The position numbers were made by a program, and so were the translations under genes. Under the pieces are notes generated by a model that was given only the letters and a program-made list of their open reading frames with translations, was not told the DNA's origin and ran no database searches. Positions 27,979-38,094 of a stretch of DNA of 64,000 nt are shown here, in pieces. The stretch is taken from positions 29 to 64,028 of the forward strand of contig JANPFV010000106.1 of assembly GCA_031423615.1 (NCBI GenBank), read 5' to 3'. Within the stretch, counting starts at the first letter, position 1. Each line of letters starts with the position of its first letter. The stretch is from Candidatus Omnitrophota bacterium. GTDB lineage: Bacteria > Omnitrophota > Gorgyraeia > Zapsychrales > JANLHA01.

Positions 27979-29114
27979 AGCTTTTCTCCAAGTTTAGAAT
28001 TCTTTAGTAAACTGCCGTAATGAAAGACAGCACATGTGACACCATATCGCCGGCATATCAGCAATTCCTTTTCAAACACATCGGGATTCTGTAAAAATTT
28101 ATAAGCCCCAACCCCAATCTTAATCTTTTGTAAACTCCCTATCTTGACTTTGATATTTTCTATCCCTTGCTCATATTCTTCCGGCACATCAGAATAGTCC
28201 ATTATTGTCACAAAATCAACAATGCTGGTACCGACCCACGTCGCCCAATCTTGAAAAGCCTCGTGATACGCCCGGGAATAGGGCATACATCCCGTCGTCG
28301 AAACTTGAATGGCGGGATGTAATGAACGCGCTTTTTCTTTCAACATAAAAAGAAGTTCCGTCACTTGATCCCGCTTCCACTGTTTCCATCCGTCGCTTTC
28401 CTCGTCGATATGGGTGACACCGTTGGCTTTCTTGTAGCGATCCATATTGATTTGGGTGTAACCATAGTGCGGATGCATGTCGGGATAGCGGATATAGTCG
28501 AATTGGATGCCGTCAAGATGAGGATAGGTTTTTACCACCTCTTCTACAAGAATCGTCAGGTCCGTTCGCACTCGAAGGTCACCGGGTTCAAGGAAATACT
28601 GGTCGTCAATTTTATAATCTTCGATCTTCCTTTTTTTTTGCGTATTTCTCGTCAGGATATCCGGCCCATATTTCTTTAAAAAAAAGGCGTCGGTGTTGGC
28701 GCCGAGGCTTAAAAGATTCATCCACGCATGCACCTCAAGGCCCGCACGGTGCGCTTCCAAGATGAGTAAGGCCAACGGATCTTCCCCCACTTTCGCAACT
28801 GCATCGTGATAAGGCTCACTGTCGGCTATACGAGACGGAAACCAACTTTTATTAGACCGGTAAACTTGCACAAAAAGAATTTTGATCTTTTTCTCTTTAG
28901 CAAAGGCCACAAGGCGGGTGATTTCCTCTCGGCTGGAAAAAACCGGCGGGTCCTGAATCTGAGAGACAAATAAAGCCTGCGGCGCTGGATCCTGAGCGCG
29001 GACAGGGACACAAAAAGAAATGATAAAGAAAATGAAAAATAATATCGCGGGGCGCTGGCCTAGAGTTAATTCAGTCCTGCCCGAGCCTAAGCCTTGAAAA
29101 TATCTAATCCTCAT
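27975..29114 (-). CDS. secreted TIM-barrel glycoside-hydrolase-like lipoprotein (GHL10/UPF0748, YddW-like)
   Basis: signal peptide, about 350 aa barrel with DGIQFDYIRYP motif typical of GHL10 family. Confidence 0.55.
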   Translation of the reverse strand: MRIRYFQGLGSGRTELTLGQRPAILFFIFFIISFCVPVRAQDPAPQALFVSQIQDPPVFSSREEITRLVAFAKEKKIKILFVQVYRSNKSWFPSRIADSEPYHDAVAKVGEDPLALLILEAHRAGLEVHAWMNLLSLGANTDAFFLKKYGPDILTRNTQKKRKIEDYKIDDQYFLEPGDLRVRTDLTILVEEVVKTYPHLDGIQFDYIRYPDMHPHYGYTQINMDRYKKANGVTHIDEESDGWKQWKRDQVTELLFMLKEKARSLHPAIQVSTTGCMPYSRAYHEAFQDWATWVGTSIVDFVTIMDYSDVPEEYEQGIENIKVKIGSLQKIKIGVGAYKFLQNPDVFEKELLICRRYGVTCAVFHYGSLLKNSKLGEKL

Positions 29115-29892
29115 GATTTCCTCTGACGTGTTGTATGCTTTTTTCCAAATCCTTCAATGTCATGTCTCCCTCAATGGCTATTCGGCCCATCGTGTAGGTT
29201 TTGTCCGCCCGGTAAATATATCCTATGTTGCTTCCGCTTACCACAACCGCACTTTGGTACCCGGCCTTCTTGACCATTTCAATGACCTTTTCGCTATAAT
29301 TACCGAAAGGATAGGCAAAAATAGTCACCGGCTTTTGGAGATGACTTTCCAATGCTTTCCTGGACTCCGTTATCTCCCGATAAGCCTGTTGATCACTTAA
29401 ACCTGTCAAATGCGGATGTGTCACCGAGTGAGATTGGATATCGGCCACAGGAGAAGCCGCCATATCTTTAAGATCTTCCCATGTCACAAACGCGGAATGT
29501 CCGGCCGATTCGGTGGTGATAAAAAATGTCGCCGGAAAATGATATTTCCGCAGCACAGGGAAAACAATGGTGTAGTGATCTTTCCACCCATCATCAAATG
29601 TCAAAACCAGAGGGTTCTTCGGGAGAGGGGAGCCCTTCTGAATATACTGGCTCAATTCCAATACACTCATGACCGTAAATCCCTTTTGCTGAATCCATTG
29701 GATGTGCAGAGCAAACTGTTCAGGGGTCACCGACCAACGGCGCAAAGCCGCACTCGCATCGTCGGGCGTGACTTGGATATGATGATATAAAAGAACCGGA
29801 ACAGGGACAGTGTCCCGCGGGTCCGCATGGGCCAATTTTACCGATAATAATCCCGCAGAAAATAAAAAAAGAATAAAGACCGTGCGGCTCAT
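29104..29892 (-). CDS. polysaccharide deacetylase (carbohydrate esterase family 4, NodB homology)
   Basis: signal peptide; LTFDDGWKDHY (motif 1), SHSVTHPHL (motif 2), FAYPFG (motif 3); 4-nt overlap with prfC stop. Confidence 0.8.
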   Translation of the reverse strand: MSRTVFILFLFSAGLLSVKLAHADPRDTVPVPVLLYHHIQVTPDDASAALRRWSVTPEQFALHIQWIQQKGFTVMSVLELSQYIQKGSPLPKNPLVLTFDDGWKDHYTIVFPVLRKYHFPATFFITTESAGHSAFVTWEDLKDMAASPVADIQSHSVTHPHLTGLSDQQAYREITESRKALESHLQKPVTIFAYPFGNYSEKVIEMVKKAGYQSAVVVSGSNIGYIYRADKTYTMGRIAIEGDMTLKDLEKSIQHVRGNHED

Positions 29893-31484
29893 GAACTTGG
29901 CGGGGAATCGAAAAGTTTTACTTCGGGATGATTGTCGCTGTAATACCGCAAATACCATTCGGTCGTAAATAAAAGGACCCTCCGGCCTTGATCGTCCGTG
30001 GCCAGCGCGGCACCCTGCGGCAAGGAATGGGTCATCTCCGCATTTTCCAGACGAGACTCAACCCAGCGCATGACTTTCCACGGCATCATGTCCAAGTCCG
30101 TCGGAGAACCGTATTCATCTTTCAAACGGTACTGCAAAACCTCAAACTGTAAAGGCCCGACCGCCCCCAAGAGAGGCGTATTTTGACGGGAATTCTGCAA
30201 AGTAAAAGTCTGCACAATATCTTCGGCCAGCAAATGGTCCAGCCCTTTACGAAAAGATTTGGCGGTCGCCGATGAAGAATTCTGCAAATATCCAAAACAT
30301 TCCGGCGCGAATCGCGGGATCTCAGTATAAATAAGTTTGGGATCCGTGCTGATCGTGTCGCCGATCCGAAAATCCAGTTTCGTGACAAAACCGATAATGT
30401 CGCCGGGAAAAGCTTCATTCATGACTTCCCGGTCGCGGCCAAACAAATTAAACGAATCCGACAAACGGATCATCCGTTTCGAACGGGCATGATAAACGCT
30501 CATGTCCCGATAAAATTGGCCGGAGCAAACCCGGGCAAAAACGACCCGGTCTCGGTGCAAAGGATTCATATTGGTTTGCACTTTAAAAATGAATGCGGAA
30601 AAATCCTTGCTATCGAGCGGCACGAGGCCCGTCGTAGATCTACGGGGCGAAGGCGCCGCGGAATATTCCAAAAAACCTTTCAATAAAAATTCCACACCAA
30701 AATTATTGGCAGCGCTGCCAAAGAAAACCGGCGTCGTCCTTCCCTCTAAGACCGCCTGAGGATCAAATCCGCCGTGAGCTCCTTCCAGCATGGCCAATTC
30801 TTCGACCACTTCATGATAAACCTGGGCGTTTAAAATATTTTTCACCGAGGGATCAGAAAGGTCATGCACCGAGACGGGGGCCCGGTAAGCGCCTCCGGGG
30901 ACACGTTCGAAAAGATGCACCTCCTTATTCAACCGGTCATAAATCCCTTTAAACTCCTGACCATTTCCCAAAGGCCAGTTGACGGGATAAGCATGCAGAT
31001 TAAGGATTTTCTCCAATTCATCAATCAGTTCCAAGGGAGAACGAGCCGGACGATCAAGCTTATTCATAAAGGTAAAAATAGGAATGCCCCGTTTACGGCA
31101 AATTTCAAAAAGTTTTCGCGTTTGCGTCTGGATCCCTTTCCCGGCGTCGATGACCATGATGACCGCATCAACGGCCATGAGAACCCGGTAAGTGTCCTCG
31201 GAGAAATCTTTGTGCCCCGGCGTATCCAGCAAATTCAAGCGGAACAGTCCATAATCAAATTGCAAAACCGTCGAGGAAATTGAAATCCCCCGTTTTTTTT
31301 CCAACTCCATCCAGTCCGACGCTGTCTCGCGCTGCTTTTTCTTTGCCGTCACGGAACCGGCCAAATCGAGAGCGCCGCCATATAATAAAAGTTTCTCGGT
31401 GAGAGTGGTTTTACCAGCGTCGGGATGCGAAATGATCGCGAATGTACGTCGGCGGGCTATTTCTTCCCGCAATTCCATATTCAT
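29889..31484 (-). CDS. prfC: peptide chain release factor 3 (GTPase)
   Basis: AIISHPDAGKTTLTEKLL, DTPGHKDF, NKLDR G-motifs; 531 aa RF3 length. Confidence 0.9.
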   Translation of the reverse strand: MNMELREEIARRRTFAIISHPDAGKTTLTEKLLLYGGALDLAGSVTAKKKQRETASDWMELEKKRGISISSTVLQFDYGLFRLNLLDTPGHKDFSEDTYRVLMAVDAVIMVIDAGKGIQTQTRKLFEICRKRGIPIFTFMNKLDRPARSPLELIDELEKILNLHAYPVNWPLGNGQEFKGIYDRLNKEVHLFERVPGGAYRAPVSVHDLSDPSVKNILNAQVYHEVVEELAMLEGAHGGFDPQAVLEGRTTPVFFGSAANNFGVEFLLKGFLEYSAAPSPRRSTTGLVPLDSKDFSAFIFKVQTNMNPLHRDRVVFARVCSGQFYRDMSVYHARSKRMIRLSDSFNLFGRDREVMNEAFPGDIIGFVTKLDFRIGDTISTDPKLIYTEIPRFAPECFGYLQNSSSATAKSFRKGLDHLLAEDIVQTFTLQNSRQNTPLLGAVGPLQFEVLQYRLKDEYGSPTDLDMMPWKVMRWVESRLENAEMTHSLPQGAALATDDQGRRVLLFTTEWYLRYYSDNHPEVKLFDSPPSS

Positions 31485-31508
31485 GGGAGTGTTTTTCTAA
31501 ATAACGGC

Positions 31509-32522
31509 TTAGCCGTCCTGTTCTGCGAAGCGAATGATCTTGTTCATCATATCCACGCATTCGACGGGATAAGCGCCGGTAGCCGTCTCGGCGGAAAGCA
31601 TCACGTAATTGGTCCCATCTAAAATGGCGTTGGCCACATCGGAAACCTCAGCGCGCGTCGGTCTTAAATTTTCGGTCATGCTTTCCAGCATTTGGGTTGC
31701 AGTAATGGCGATTTTCCAGGAACGGTTGCATTTGCGAATAATTCTTTTTTGGATCATGGGCACTTCATAAATGGGTACAGAAACACCCAGGTCTCCCCGG
31801 GCAATCAAGATACCCGCACACGATTCCATGATCCCGTCGACATTCCGGAGTCCCTCGCGGTCTTCAATCTTGGCAATAAGCAAAGGCTGATGCCCATTTT
31901 TAGGAATATATTTTTGTAAATTCATGATGTCATTCTTATTGCGCACAAAGGACTGGGCGATAAAATCGACATTATTCTTGAGGCAGAATTTCAGGTTGAT
32001 CACATCCTTATCCGTGATGCCCTTAAACTGCAAGCGCACATCGGGAATGTTGATCCCTTTGTCCTGCTTAATCACCCCTCCCACAAAAACCCGCGTCCGC
32101 AAAACATTTTTGGCGTGACCTTGGACCACAAGGGCGATGTTCCCATCATCGATGAAAATGTAACTTCCCTTCTTGATCTGTCCCAGAGGCCCGTAATAGT
32201 CGAAAGGAAGCATGCGGCCATCCCCCATCACATCCTTGTTTGTCAAGAAAATTTCCTGTCCCTTCTTGACGACAACCCCGGCCTTCTCCTTTAAACGGCC
32301 GATACGAACACGGTAACCTTCCAGATCGCCAAGAATCTTAATATGCCTATGATGTTTACGATTGAGGGTCCGGATCGTATCAATTTTGTCCTGATGTTCA
32401 TCCAGCGTACCATGCGAAAAATTAAGACGGACAACATCCATTCCTGCCCGCATCATCTTTAACAAGACGGCGCTGGTTTCCGACGCCGGCCCCAGAGTGC
32501 AAATGATTTTGGTTTTAGACAT
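31509..32522 (-). CDS. pyk: pyruvate kinase, short form (A and B domains only; C-terminal allosteric domain absent)
   Basis: [11 protein letters not shown]...[11 protein letters not shown]...[10 protein letters not shown]...MLESM motifs; only 337 aa, ends where the canonical C domain would begin; next gene starts 24 nt downstream. Confidence 0.8.
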   Translation of the reverse strand: MSKTKIICTLGPASETSAVLLKMMRAGMDVVRLNFSHGTLDEHQDKIDTIRTLNRKHHRHIKILGDLEGYRVRIGRLKEKAGVVVKKGQEIFLTNKDVMGDGRMLPFDYYGPLGQIKKGSYIFIDDGNIALVVQGHAKNVLRTRVFVGGVIKQDKGINIPDVRLQFKGITDKDVINLKFCLKNNVDFIAQSFVRNKNDIMNLQKYIPKNGHQPLLIAKIEDREGLRNVDGIMESCAGILIARGDLGVSVPIYEVPMIQKRIIRKCNRSWKIAITATQMLESMTENLRPTRAEVSDVANAILDGTNYVMLSAETATGAYPVECVDMMNKIIRFAEQDG

Positions 32523-32736
32523 AGGGCTAATTGTAGCATTAAATGTCGGCTAAAAAAACAAAAACCCCTAACAAATATTTGCACTCTGATCCAATTGTAA
32601 TAATTGCCGACCGGACTTATAAAAGTTGTGATAAAATCCGCAAAGGAAAGTTCCAGGGGATTTAAAAAACCGTCTGATTAGCCGGCGATTATCTATTATC
32701 ATTTTCACAATTAATATAGAGGAGACTTCTAAATCT

Positions 32737-33225
32737 ATGGACACCTTTCTTTCGATTGCTCCGGATGTCAAATTGGGCGCCAATGTCAAATTGGCAAAAT
32801 TTATCAACCTCTATGGCTGCACTATCGGCGATAACTCTAAAATCGGGACTTTTGTTGAAATTCAAAAAAATGCAAGCATTGGCAAGAATTGCAAAATCTC
32901 CTCTCACACTTTTATTTGCGAGGGAATTACGATCGGCGACAACTGCTTTATCGGGCATGCCGTCATTTTTGTTAATGATAACCACCCGCGGGCAGTCAAT
33001 TCCAATGGCGAGTTAGAGACACAAAAGGATTGGGCTCACCGTTTTGCCACAACCGTGATCGAATCTCATGTTTCGATTGGGAGCAATGCCACGATTTTGG
33101 CCAATGTGCGCATTGGGGCCGGCGCCATGATCGGAGCCGGAAGTGTCGTTACGAAAAATATCCCGGCTGGCGAAATTTGGGCGGGAAACCCAGCTCGTTT
33201 GATAGGCCAACGAACAGACGTATGA
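32737..33225 (+). CDS. hexapeptide-repeat (left-handed beta-helix) sugar N-acetyltransferase
   Basis: repeated [LIV]GxNxxI hexapeptides across 162 aa. Confidence 0.8.
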   Translation: MDTFLSIAPDVKLGANVKLAKFINLYGCTIGDNSKIGTFVEIQKNASIGKNCKISSHTFICEGITIGDNCFIGHAVIFVNDNHPRAVNSNGELETQKDWAHRFATTVIESHVSIGSNATILANVRIGAGAMIGAGSVVTKNIPAGEIWAGNPARLIGQRTDV

Positions 33226-33230
33226 AAAAA

Positions 33231-33683
33231 TCATGAATTTTTCTTATTTAATATAAATATTTTATAATTCAGCATCCCCAAAGCGGCGCAAATCGTGTCA
33301 AAGATGACGTCCAAAAGCTGAGGACTGCGCCCCGGCACAAAGGACTGGTGCCATTCATCCACACTCCCGCTTGCGAAAACGAGCACCGATAAAAATAAAA
33401 TCTTTACAAGGGTGACTCGACGGACTTCATGAGCATAAGCCCGCATTATTAAAATTCCCAAAATACTATACTCGATAAAATGAGCGATACGATGACCCCA
33501 AAACAAATATGTTTCTATCGGTATTTTGAAAAGAGGGTTATCCGCCGAGGACAAAATATTAAGGAGAAGAGAGGGCAGGGATGAAACCGTATCACCGCGG
33601 ACGGATGAAAACAAACAGATGCCGGCATACCACATCCCAACCGGCAACCACAATAAAATTCTTTCAGAGATCTTTTTATTCAT
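33231..33683 (-). CDS. VanZ-family membrane protein
   Basis: about 150 aa, 4 TM, VanZ-like pattern; start uncertain (ATG 33683 lacks clear SD). Confidence 0.5.
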   Translation of the reverse strand: MNKKISERILLWLPVGMWYAGICLFSSVRGDTVSSLPSLLLNILSSADNPLFKIPIETYLFWGHRIAHFIEYSILGILIMRAYAHEVRRVTLVKILFLSVLVFASGSVDEWHQSFVPGRSPQLLDVIFDTICAALGMLNYKIFILNKKNS

Positions 33684-33697
33684 TGGACAGTGCAATT

Positions 33698-34759
33698 TCA
33701 AACGGATTTTTGTTCTTTCGCTAAGTTTAAATTTTGTTGCCAGGTCCAGGCATGTTTTAAAGCCTCTTCGATCCTCCATGCGGGCTTCCAACCCAATTTG
33801 CGACGAGCTTTCCGCACATCAGCATAAATGATATCGATATCGCCCGTCCGGCGCGGTCCTATGACATAAGGGACTTCCCGGCGGGTCACCGTCTTAAATT
33901 TTTCAATCATTTCTAATACACTATAACCGCAGCCTGACCCTAAGTTTATGGCCTCATAAAAATTTTTCTTTTTTTGTTTATGCAAATATTCTAAAGCTTT
34001 GACATGGGCCTCTGCGATATCTAAAACGTGGGTATAATCACGCACCGATGTGCCGTCGGGTGTTTGATAGTCATTCCCCGCGACAACCAGTTTAGAACTC
34101 CCACCCCAAGCGGCTTCCATGATCAACGGCACAAGATTTTTAAAATTTCCTTTTGTATCTTCTCCAATTAATCCCGACGGATGCGCCCCCACAATGTTGA
34201 AATACCGTAAGGACACGGTTTTAATTTTTTCCCCGCGCAAAGTCATTCCCTGGAGAATCTGTTCGCTGATTTGCTTGGAATGGCCGTAGGGAGACTCCGC
34301 CTTGGCTAAAGACATTGTCTCCTGAACCGGCACTCGCGAAGGTTTTCCGTAAACCGTACAAGATGAGGAAAAAACAAAATATTGAATTTCTCTTCTAGTC
34401 ATCTCCTGAAGAACCGTTGTCAAGGCTCCGACATTGTTCCGGTAATACATTAACGGGTGGGCGATAGACTCAGCGACCGATTTATGAGCGGCGAAATGAA
34501 TGACCGCCGAGACTGATTTTTCTTTTTCAAGCACTCCCGAGAGAAATTCACTGTCACAGCAATCCCCTTCATAAACCGACAAAGGCCGCTTTATTAATTT
34601 CCGCAGTCCTTTAAGAATGTTTTTATCCGCATTGATAAAATTGTCCACAATAATGGGGGTGTATCCAGCCTCAGCCAAAAGACCAACAGCATGAGATCCG
34701 CAGTATCCCGCTCCCCCGGTTACCAAAACTTTATTTCGTGAAGCCAACACTTTTGACAA
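33698..34759 (-). CDS. galE: UDP-glucose 4-epimerase
   Basis: VLVTGGAGYCGSH, YxxxK (YGHSK), 353 aa, extended-SDR GalE pattern. Confidence 0.85.
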   Translation of the reverse strand: MSKVLASRNKVLVTGGAGYCGSHAVGLLAEAGYTPIIVDNFINADKNILKGLRKLIKRPLSVYEGDCCDSEFLSGVLEKEKSVSAVIHFAAHKSVAESIAHPLMYYRNNVGALTTVLQEMTRREIQYFVFSSSCTVYGKPSRVPVQETMSLAKAESPYGHSKQISEQILQGMTLRGEKIKTVSLRYFNIVGAHPSGLIGEDTKGNFKNLVPLIMEAAWGGSSKLVVAGNDYQTPDGTSVRDYTHVLDIAEAHVKALEYLHKQKKKNFYEAINLGSGCGYSVLEMIEKFKTVTRREVPYVIGPRRTGDIDIIYADVRKARRKLGWKPAWRIEEALKHAWTWQQNLNLAKEQKSV

Positions 34760-34806
34760 TTTTCAAACCTCGTTTTTTAAAGAATCGCGCCTTCTTTACC
34801 GACTTT

Positions 34807-36273
34807 TCAATTTTTCTGACTTAAAAGCGATTGCCTTACAAAGGCCGTCTTTTGAATAACTTCCTTTATAAATCCTGCCGTGCCCTTGTATTTCCATAAT
34901 TTAAAAATATACTGCAAAGCTAATGTGGGATGGCTAATAAACATTTTGGCCTTGCGGTATTGCGCATACGTCATGGCCTTGTAAACATCATTGTCCTTTA
35001 ATTGCGGATAGCTTAAGACGTAACTGGTGTTGGGTTCATAGCGGCTCCAGTCCATTGTCGTAAGCCAATTATTCTTTTTCGCTTCATCAAAGAATGCGGT
35101 TCCCGGCAGAGGCGTGGCCATCGAGACCTGAAAAGTGGTGAGACCACTCTCGGCGGCGAAATCAATGGTCCGCTTCATGGTTTCGGGGGTATCTTTTTGC
35201 AAGCCGATACAAAAAGCCCCCAGGGTCATCAGTCCGAGTTTCCGGCAATTGGCAATCAAGACTTCAATATCTTTGACCGGCTCCGGCTTATTGGCCCCCT
35301 TTCTCACTTCCTGATCGATCGACTCAATACCAAATTTTACGCCGATACATCCGCTGTGTTTCATAAGTTTCAATGTTTCATACGGTGTCCCCCAATGAAT
35401 CCAGCAATGCCAATTGACCTTAACTTTATTTTCGATCAAGGCTTCCGCTAACTTTTTGCCCCAGTCCGGCATAACAATAGGGTCATCAAAATAAATCTCT
35501 TCAATCCCATATTTTTCCTGCAACCGCCGAATTTCCGAAATAACCAAAGGCAAGGACCGGTGCTTATAACTGCGATTGTAATTGGCCGCCTCCACACAAA
35601 AACTGCATTTATAAGGGCACCCGCGCGAAACGGTAATTTTAGCGGTTTTACGTTTCTTGCTAAAAGGTTCGCTATAGCGCTCCATAGGCAACTGATCAGT
35701 TTCCGGGAATGGCAATTCATCAAGATTTTTGATGACATCCCGTCGCGGCGTGACAATGATGTCTTTTTCTTTTTTAAACGCCAGGCCTTTGATATTTTCG
35801 AAATCTGTTCTTCCCGCTTTTATAAATTCCGCCAATTCGCGCAAAGTATAATCCATTTCCCACATGACCACGAAATCAATAAAATCCTGAGCCAACATTT
35901 CCTCCGGCAGACCCGAAGCATGAATGCCGGCGCAGGCAATAACACTTTTTACACGCTGTTTGACGTTTTTCAAAAAATCAATATCCACATAAATTGACGG
36001 GGTAAATACTTCGCTGAGAATAAGATCGGGATTGACCTGCTCGACGTAATCTAAACATTGCTCCTTCGTTAATTCCTCAGCCACGGCGTCCTTAATAAAC
36101 ATTTCAAAACCCGCCTCTTTGATAATCGAAGCGGCATTTGCTAAAAAATAAGGATAGGGATAATAAGGCATAAAACGGTCTTTATTGCGCAGCGCTCCCC
36201 AGCGCGTTCCCGATTTGAGACCATATTGTGCTGGGGTGTTGATCCACGGCGAATTGAGCAGTAAGACTTTCAT
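34807..36273 (-). CDS. B12-binding domain radical SAM protein
   Basis: N-terminal cobalamin-binding domain, CPYKCSFC (CxxxCxxC) radical SAM motif. Confidence 0.85.
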   Translation of the reverse strand: MKVLLLNSPWINTPAQYGLKSGTRWGALRNKDRFMPYYPYPYFLANAASIIKEAGFEMFIKDAVAEELTKEQCLDYVEQVNPDLILSEVFTPSIYVDIDFLKNVKQRVKSVIACAGIHASGLPEEMLAQDFIDFVVMWEMDYTLRELAEFIKAGRTDFENIKGLAFKKEKDIIVTPRRDVIKNLDELPFPETDQLPMERYSEPFSKKRKTAKITVSRGCPYKCSFCVEAANYNRSYKHRSLPLVISEIRRLQEKYGIEEIYFDDPIVMPDWGKKLAEALIENKVKVNWHCWIHWGTPYETLKLMKHSGCIGVKFGIESIDQEVRKGANKPEPVKDIEVLIANCRKLGLMTLGAFCIGLQKDTPETMKRTIDFAAESGLTTFQVSMATPLPGTAFFDEAKKNNWLTTMDWSRYEPNTSYVLSYPQLKDNDVYKAMTYAQYRKAKMFISHPTLALQYIFKLWKYKGTAGFIKEVIQKTAFVRQSLLSQKN

Positions 36274-36274
36274 A

Positions 36275-37174
36275 TCATTCTCTTCTTACGGCAGTTAAAA
36301 AGATCCCGCTCCTGAATAAAAGCTTATTAATAAAAATCAACGGCGTATAAAAAATGATTTTTCCATCATAGAAAATATTATATTTCAGAATTCGCAAGGT
36401 CGTCATCAACGCCAAAGGAACAATTAAAAAGAAATGAATTAGCGGATTTGATAAAAGCCCATACCAATGACGAAACAGGACCGGATGATTTTTATAAAGT
36501 TTTAAACCGATATGCCGCCCATAAATAAAGTTTTTCTTAAACATCGCTTTGAGCGTCATAACACCGTGATGGTGGAAAACCGTGATCGCCGACGAATACA
36601 CGATCTTCTCCCCGCGGGTCACCAGTCTTAAAGCCAGATCTTGGTCTTCTCCCACGCGCATAAAATTGGCAAATCCTCCCAACTGATCAAAAGTTGTTCT
36701 AAAAATAGCCGCGCACGACGTATTAAAAAAATCTGTATGGCGCTTGTCGTCATTCATGACAAAACCATACAAACTGTATGCATGCACCCTTTCCACCAAG
36801 GAGGGCGACGATTGCAACCGTCCCGCCAGGGCTTTCACCCTCGGGTCCTTTTGATTCTCCGCCAATAAATTTTCCTGATAATCTTTAACCCAATTCTTGG
36901 GCACAACACAATCCGCATCGGTAAACATGAGAATATTTCCCCCACTGTGGGCCACACCGACATTCCTCGCTTGGGCCGGCCCTTGATTTTGGGATAAACG
37001 GATATATTTGCATAAAAAATCTTTCGCGACCAGGGCGATATCTTCCAAAGAATTATCATCGACCACAATCACTTCAAAATCTTGATAAGCCGTGTCATAA
37101 AGAGCGGTTAAACAGTTCAATAAATTCGCTCGGTCATTAAAAACAGGAATAATAACCGAGACAGCAATTACCAT
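36275..37174 (-). CDS. glycosyltransferase family 2
   Basis: VSVIIPVFND ... VVDDNS ... FTDADCV (DxD) GT-A motifs; start ATG 37174 with AAGGTTAAGGGA upstream. Confidence 0.8.
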   Translation of the reverse strand: MVIAVSVIIPVFNDRANLLNCLTALYDTAYQDFEVIVVDDNSLEDIALVAKDFLCKYIRLSQNQGPAQARNVGVAHSGGNILMFTDADCVVPKNWVKDYQENLLAENQKDPRVKALAGRLQSSPSLVERVHAYSLYGFVMNDDKRHTDFFNTSCAAIFRTTFDQLGGFANFMRVGEDQDLALRLVTRGEKIVYSSAITVFHHHGVMTLKAMFKKNFIYGRHIGLKLYKNHPVLFRHWYGLLSNPLIHFFLIVPLALMTTLRILKYNIFYDGKIIFYTPLIFINKLLFRSGIFLTAVRRE

Positions 37175-38094
37175 TCCCTTAACCTTGTAAAAAAATCCTG
37201 GACCGTAATAGCGTCGATGTCCCCCGAAATGCAAAAAGCGCCTCGGCAAGAACCCGGCCACCTGCCGGCAGGATTATTTTTATGCCACTGGGCTACGTCC
37301 CCTAGAGTGGTAATCCATATCGCCGGCTGCAAAGACTTGGCGTATTGGATCAATCCCATTAAGACTTCTTTGAGTTCAAGAAAACGTTCAGGGTGCAATT
37401 GAAGAACAAAAACTTCTTTATTGTCATGGCAAGTTTTTAACATCTGTTGCCACATCGGTCCGATGGCCGCAGAATTTAATCGTTCCCGGTCAAGAGTGAT
37501 ATCATCGTCAGGCAAAGAAACCGGGATTTCCGTCAAGGCGTCCGCATCATAAGGCAACGCTAAGCCTTTTGCATACGGTTGGGCTTTATAAAAATCTTGA
37601 ATCCATGAATAATATTTCTCACCCGGCCCATAAACATCCTCCCAAATAATCGATGCACTGCTGTCAAATTGGAAACGGCCCGCGGCTAGCAAAGCTTTTT
37701 TTGTGTGCTCATTAAATTTCAGATAGGGACAACGGAATCCTTTAAATCTGAAGTTGTATTTATCGAATATTTCAATCGCCTTGATTATTTGGGTCTTTTG
37801 CCGTTCATAAGCCAGCTGGGAATGATCGGTATGAACCAACCCATGAATACCCCACTCAATCGTTTCTTGATCAATGACCCTTAAATGAGACGCGTAGCGT
37901 TCCAACAATATGGCCGGAATAAAGAACGTTCCGCGGACTCCCTGGGCTTTTAGATAATCCGCGAACTGCAGGATAATATTCACTTGCTTGTAAGGAACAA
38001 AGGAAAAACGCCGCCCGATGCTGATAAAGCGCCGCAGCCATTTTGAAATACCCCGGGAAAAGAATAAAAATTTGACCCCGTGGACCTTGATCAT
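37168..38094 (-). CDS. polysaccharide deacetylase-like (CE4-fold) protein
   Basis: GTFFIPAILLERY, HGLVHTDHS motifs; 308 aa. Confidence 0.5.
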   Translation of the reverse strand: MIKVHGVKFLFFSRGISKWLRRFISIGRRFSFVPYKQVNIILQFADYLKAQGVRGTFFIPAILLERYASHLRVIDQETIEWGIHGLVHTDHSQLAYERQKTQIIKAIEIFDKYNFRFKGFRCPYLKFNEHTKKALLAAGRFQFDSSASIIWEDVYGPGEKYYSWIQDFYKAQPYAKGLALPYDADALTEIPVSLPDDDITLDRERLNSAAIGPMWQQMLKTCHDNKEVFVLQLHPERFLELKEVLMGLIQYAKSLQPAIWITTLGDVAQWHKNNPAGRWPGSCRGAFCISGDIDAITVQDFFTRLREW

